Shown: piece after piece, positions 60,215 to 64,000 of the stretch
Position numbering within the stretch: the stretch's first letter is position 1
How the letters are laid out: each line of letters opens with the position of its first letter
The notes under the pieces: generated by a model
Told to the model about the DNA's origin: nothing
Databases searched by the model: none
Seen by the model: the letters and a program-made list of their open reading frames with translations, nothing else
Assembly: GCA_046348225.1 (NCBI GenBank)
Contig: JAXMEQ010000004.1
Span: forward strand, 234,081-298,080
Length of the DNA: 64,000 nucleotides
Source: Ramlibacter sp.
Lineage (GTDB): Bacteria > Pseudomonadota > Gammaproteobacteria > Burkholderiales > Burkholderiaceae_C
Direction of reading: 5' to 3'
Made by a program: the position numbers and the translations under genes

Positions 60215-60989
60215 GCAGCAGCGCCACCCCGAAGAAGCCGAGGTGGGTGGTGGCATGCGCCAGCATGGCCGCCTCCAGGTGGTGGCGCCAGTACAGCCAG
60301 CCAAAGACCATGCCCGCCAGCGTGTTCAGCAGCAAGGTGCGGGCCACCAGCCCGGGCGTGGGCGCCAGCAGGGACGCCAGCGCGGGCAGGTGGCCGGTGG
60401 CAAAGGCCAGCGCCGCCACGGTCATCGCCAGCGCGATGACCCACCGTGCGGGCGTACCCCGGCCACCGCCCAGGCGCCAGAGGCCCCAGGCCACCAGGCT
60501 CATCAGGCCCCAGCGCATCATCACTTCTTCGGTCAGACCACCGTACAAAACGCTGCTGATCAGGGTGGCCAGGCTGGCGGCCTGCGCCTCACGCTGCCGC
60601 AGGGCCTGCCACTCGGCGCCCAGGTGCGGCGCCCACAGTGCATCCAGTGCGGTGATCAGCAAGGCCAGCCCCAGCCCCGTGGCCGCAGCAGTCCACCAGA
60701 CGACCCGTCCGCCACCGGACGGCGCCGTGCCCGCCAGCAGGCTGCGCAGGCCGATGCGGTGCGCGAGCACCGCGCCCAGGGCCGCGCCGAGCAGCGCCAG
60801 CAGCAGCGGGTTGACCAGCAGCAGGGCCAGGATGGCGGCCCGTGGCAGGGCAGCCACTTCGGCCGGCAGTGGCATGGCGGGGATCTGGGGCCAGACCTTC
60901 AGGCACAGCGCCAATACGCCGGCCAGCGCCAGTGCCAGCAGCGGCACAACGCGGCGGCCAAAACCGGGTGTCGGATACGAGGTGGGCAT
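60204..60989 (-). CDS. CPBP-family intramembrane glutamic endopeptidase (CAAX protease-like)
   Basis: GGLTEEVMMRWGL (EExxxR motif) and the later HLxxA/HxxxN-type helices. Multi-TM. Confidence 0.75.
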   Translation of the reverse strand: MPTSYPTPGFGRRVVPLLALALAGVLALCLKVWPQIPAMPLPAEVAALPRAAILALLLVNPLLLALLGAALGAVLAHRIGLRSLLAGTAPSGGGRVVWWTAAATGLGLALLITALDALWAPHLGAEWQALRQREAQAASLATLISSVLYGGLTEEVMMRWGLMSLVAWGLWRLGGGRGTPARWVIALAMTVAALAFATGHLPALASLLAPTPGLVARTLLLNTLAGMVFGWLYWRHHLEAAMLAHATTHLGFFGVALLLTR

Positions 60990-61093
60990 GCGGGCGGATC
61001 CTGCAGGGAAAAGCGGCGCATTGTAGGGGCTGCTGACACGCAGTTGTCAGCAGGGTTGGTGCACAGTATCGTGCCCTGTCTCTGCCACTGCTC

Positions 61094-61799
61094 CATGCGC
61101 CGCGCCGACCGCCTGTTCCACATCATCCAGCTGATCCGCGGCCGGCGCCTGACCACGGCCGCCTTCCTCGCGCAGCGGCTGGAAGTGTCGGAGCGCACGA
61201 TCTACCGCGACGTGTCCGACCTGCTGGCCCAGGGTGTGCCGATCGAGGGCGCGGCGGGCGTGGGCTACCGGCTGGGTGCGGGCTTTGACCTGCCGCCGAT
61301 GATGTTCACCCACGAAGAGGCCAAGGCGCTGGTGGCCTCGGTGCGGCTGGCCCAGGTCTGGCTGGATCCGGCCTTGGGCACCAGCGCGCAGGACGCGCTG
61401 GGCAAAATCCTGTCCGTGCTGCCGGCCGAGGCCCGCGCCGCGGCGGAGTCGCTGGCCGTGTTCGCGCCGCACGGTGGATTGTCCGGGCCCGCCCAGCGCA
61501 CCTTGCAGACGCTGCGCGAAGCGGTGCAGGCACGCGACAAGGTGTTTATCCAGTACCGCGACCTGAACGAAAAGGCCAGCGAACGCACGCTGCGTCCGCT
61601 GGGCTGTTTTTACTGGGGCAAGGTCTGGACGCTCGCGGCCTGGTGCGAGACGCGGCAGGACTTCCGCAGCTTCCGGGTCGACCGCATCACCTATGTGCGG
61701 CGGCTGGACGAGCGCTTTCGCGACGAGCCGGGCCGTACCCTGGCCGACCTGGTGCGCATCGACGAAGCCCGGGCACGCGAACAGGGCTGGATTCCATGA
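61094..61799 (+). CDS. YafY-family (HTH + WYL domain) transcriptional regulator
   Basis: Start at ATG 61094. RADRLFHIIQLIRGRRLTTAAFLAQRLEVSERTIYRDVSDL. C-terminal WYL-type region (RTLRPLGCFYWGKVWTLAAWC). Confidence 0.85.
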
Positions 61800-62353
61800 C
61801 GCAGGTGGTCTATTACGTGGCCGCGTCGCTGGACGGCTTCATTGCGGGGCCGCAGGGCGAGCTGGACTGGTTGCACGCGTTTGAGCAAGTCGGCAATGAC
61901 TACGGCTACGGCGAATTTTTTGCCACGGTGGACGGGCTGGTCATGGGCCGCGCCACCTGGGAGGTCGCGCGCTCGTTCGGCGCCTGGCCCTACGGCGACC
62001 GGCCCGCCTGGCTGCTCACCCGCCGACCGGTGGACCCGGCCGACCTGGCGCCTACGCTGCGGGTGGCGGCGGGTCCACCCGAGGCGCTGCACGCGCAGTG
62101 GCAGGCCCAGGGCCTGCAGCGCGTCTGGCTGGTGGGCGGTGGCGATGTGGCTGCGCAGTTCCTGGCCGCAGGCCTGGTCCACGAACTGATGCTGGCGACC
62201 ATGCCCGTCACGCTGGGCCGGGGTATCGGGCTGTTTGGCGGGAACACGGGCAACACGCTGCCGCACTGGACGGTGGTGGCGAGCCAGAGCCACGCCAACG
62301 GTGTGCTGACGCGGCACTACCGTCAGGCGGGGCCGGTCAGCGCATCGCGGTAG
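61796..62353 (+). CDS. dihydrofolate-reductase-family (RibD C-terminal domain) protein
   Basis: MTQVVYYVAASLDGFIAGPQGELDWL...VMGRATWE...VWLVGGG. ATGA overlap with the regulator gene. Confidence 0.8.
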   Translation: MTQVVYYVAASLDGFIAGPQGELDWLHAFEQVGNDYGYGEFFATVDGLVMGRATWEVARSFGAWPYGDRPAWLLTRRPVDPADLAPTLRVAAGPPEALHAQWQAQGLQRVWLVGGGDVAAQFLAAGLVHELMLATMPVTLGRGIGLFGGNTGNTLPHWTVVASQSHANGVLTRHYRQAGPVSASR

Positions 62354-63207
62354 CGGCGGCTGCAGGGCACGGTGCTGCCGCCGCGCATCTTCAGGCGTGC
62401 ATCGCCGCCGTCCAGCGGCTCGATTTCGGCAATCCGGTCCAGGTTCACCACATAGCTGCGGTGCACGCGCACGAAGCGCGCCGGGTCGAGTTGGGCCAGA
62501 AACTCCGTCAGGGTCGAGCGCAGCAGGTAGTCGTGCCCGTTGACGTGCAGGCCGACATAGTTGCCCTGGGCCTGCAGCCATTCAATGTCGGTGGCCGCGA
62601 TCAGGAACTCACGGCGCAGCTTGCGCACCAGAAAACGCTCGGGCCGCGCCGGCGGGTCCGGTGGTGGGGGCGCCGCGGCACTGGCCGCCGGCTCGGGTGC
62701 GTCGAGGACGCGGGCCTCGCCCTGCGCACGCAACAGCACAAACCGGTAGGCGGCCACGGTGCCGACGATCAGCACATAGGCCCGCACGTCCTTGAGGTAC
62801 TCGTAACCCCACTGCGCGAGCCAGCCGCCGAACTGGTAGGTCTCGCCGGCCAGCGCATGGCCGGCCTTGCGCAGCAGCACCATCAGAACGACGTGAACCA
62901 CGCTGAACAGCAGGCTGCCCAGCAAGTGCCACGGCAGGTGACGGCGCAGGGTGTCCCAGTGCAGCGGAAACCGGCGCTCCCAGGCCGCCAGCGCCGGAAT
63001 CAGCGCCAGCACCACCAGATGGCTGGACGCCTCCCACAGCACCAGGTGCCAGGTCGGCACGGGCAGGCCAGCCTCGCGAACGTCCACCAGCGCGACTGTG
63101 GTGTTGAGCAGACCCTGCAGGCCGATGGCCAGCACCCAGAACGCGACCTCCAACGGCCGGCGCACGGCCTGGTAGCGCTCAAACCATGAAGCGGAAGCCC
63201 TGGACAT
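62323..63207 (-). CDS. membrane-anchored LytTR-family DNA-binding protein
   Basis: Four N-terminal TM helices and a C-terminal LytTR domain (IEWLQAQGNYVGLHV...FVRVHRSYVVNLDRI). Start set at ATG 63207. Confidence 0.8.
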   Translation of the reverse strand: MSRASASWFERYQAVRRPLEVAFWVLAIGLQGLLNTTVALVDVREAGLPVPTWHLVLWEASSHLVVLALIPALAAWERRFPLHWDTLRRHLPWHLLGSLLFSVVHVVLMVLLRKAGHALAGETYQFGGWLAQWGYEYLKDVRAYVLIVGTVAAYRFVLLRAQGEARVLDAPEPAASAAAPPPPDPPARPERFLVRKLRREFLIAATDIEWLQAQGNYVGLHVNGHDYLLRSTLTEFLAQLDPARFVRVHRSYVVNLDRIAEIEPLDGGDARLKMRGGSTVPCSRRYRDALTGPA

Positions 63208-63237
63208 GGTGCCAAGTCTATGCGCCGTGGCGCCGGT

Positions 63238-63286
63238 TTCGTCCCGCCAGGGCGCCGTTCGTCCCAGGCAGGCACAGGATCGTCCC
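63238..63286 (+). promoter_or_regulatory. three phased direct repeats (T/A)TCGTCCC, candidate LytTR binding sites
   Basis: TTCGTCCC at 63238 and 63258, ATCGTCCC at 63279 (20-21 bp phasing). The middle copy is embedded in CCGTTCGTC (63255-63263). Confidence 0.5.
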
Positions 63287-63359
63287 AAACCTGCGCCAGC
63301 CAGCGGGTGGCCGCCGCACGATGCCGGCCTGGCACACCCGTCATTCAAGGAGCTGAACT

Positions 63360-64000
63360 GTGAACCGCCGTCACGACATCGATGCCCTGCGCGCCCTGGC
63401 CTTCGGCCTGGTCATCCTCTACCACCTGGCCATGGCCTATGTGGCCGGCTGGCACTGGCACCTCAAGAGCGTGCACACAGCCGACTGGCTGCAATGGCCC
63501 ATGCTGGCGCTGAATCTCTGGCGCATGGACCTGGTGTTCCTGATCTCCGGCCTGGCGTTTGGCTTTCTGGCCAGAAGTCAGCGCCCACTCTCTTTGATTC
63601 GCCAGCGCAGTGCTCGCCTGCTGCTGCCGTTGGCCTTCGGCATGGCGGTGGTCGTGCCCTACCAGCCCTACGCGCAAGGCGTGGCCAATGGCCTGATTGC
63701 ACCCGGCTTTGGCGACTTTCTGCTGCGGTACTACAGCGGCGGGCCGTGGCCGCGCGGCGCCTTTGACGGCTGGGACTTCGGCGTGACCTGGAATCACCTC
63801 TGGTACCTGCCCTACCTCTGGTTCTACACGGTGGTGCTGGCGCTGCTGCAGCCGCTGGCCCAGTCGCGCACCGGCCAGCGGCTGCGCGACGGGTTCCGGG
63901 CCCTGCGGGGCTGGCACCTGCTGCTGGTACCGGTTCTGCCGCTGGCGCTGTATTCGGTGCTGCTGTGGCCGCAGTTCCGACCCACGCACGACCTGATCCA
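63360..64000 (+). CDS. acyltransferase family 3 (OpgC/OafA-like) membrane protein, 3' end outside window
   Basis: Not in the ORF track because there is no stop in the window. GTG 63360 lies 7 nt after AAGGAG. The translation VNRRHDIDALRALAFGLVILYHLAM...WYLPYLWFY is typical of acyltransferase_3. Confidence 0.7.
   Translation, partial: MNRRHDIDALRALAFGLVILYHLAMAYVAGWHWHLKSVHTADWLQWPMLALNLWRMDLVFLISGLAFGFLARSQRPLSLIRQRSARLLLPLAFGMAVVVPYQPYAQGVANGLIAPGFGDFLLRYYSGGPWPRGAFDGWDFGVTWNHLWYLPYLWFYTVVLALLQPLAQSRTGQRLRDGFRALRGWHLLLVPVLPLALYSVLLWPQFRPTHDLI

Noticed and set aside
60243-61093. 5' extension of the YafY regulator ORF (518-aa track ORF)
   Set aside because: The extension is antisense to the CPBP protease gene and is Arg/Gln/Gly-rich. 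The HTH begins right after ATG 61094.

Overview
High-GC chromosomal segment whose gene content and repeat style suggest a Burkholderiales/Comamonadaceae-type betaproteobacterium (inference only). All calls rest on hand reading of the ORF track and the DNA. No searches were run, so family names are motif-level recognitions from memory. I call about 60 protein genes, densely packed and mostly housekeeping, regulatory or transport functions. They include a partial CoxL-like molybdoenzyme subunit, a B12-radical-SAM protein, PPK2, and a dadA / flavodoxin-like / Hsp70-like / adenylate-cyclase cluster. There are several sensor kinases, a sigma-54 enhancer-binding response regulator, GTP-PEPCK, threonine dehydratase, a two-domain AAA+ ATPase, a DUF1800/DUF1501 pair and RecQ. 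Further genes are a split methionine synthase, a LysR + PACE-type exporter pair, YifB/ComM, a porin-glnK-amtB operon, glcE/glcF, a YafY-type regulator and a membrane LytTR regulator. I saw no rRNA, tRNA, CRISPR array, transposase, integrase or recognisable defence island. I cannot point to a clearly novel multi-gene system. The most notable items are: (1) metH encoded as two genes 2.2 kb apart, with an SAH-riboswitch-like leader in front of only the second gene. (2) A roughly 54-nt REP-like element in six copies, one of them in frame inside glcE. (3) A candidate sigma-54 promoter with two upstream TGTCGG-N6-CCGACA dyads next to the enhancer-binding-protein gene, driving a frameshifted hydrolase gene. 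(4) Three 20-21-bp-phased direct repeats, one reading CCGTTCGTC, beside the LytTR regulator gene. (5) A perfect 21-nt palindrome enclosing a start codon. (6) Two decayed genes (a frameshifted hydrolase and a 5'-truncated LysR). (7) Several small unannotated or uncharacterised ORFs. Many long ORFs in the six-frame track are antisense shadows of real genes in this GC-rich DNA and were rejected.
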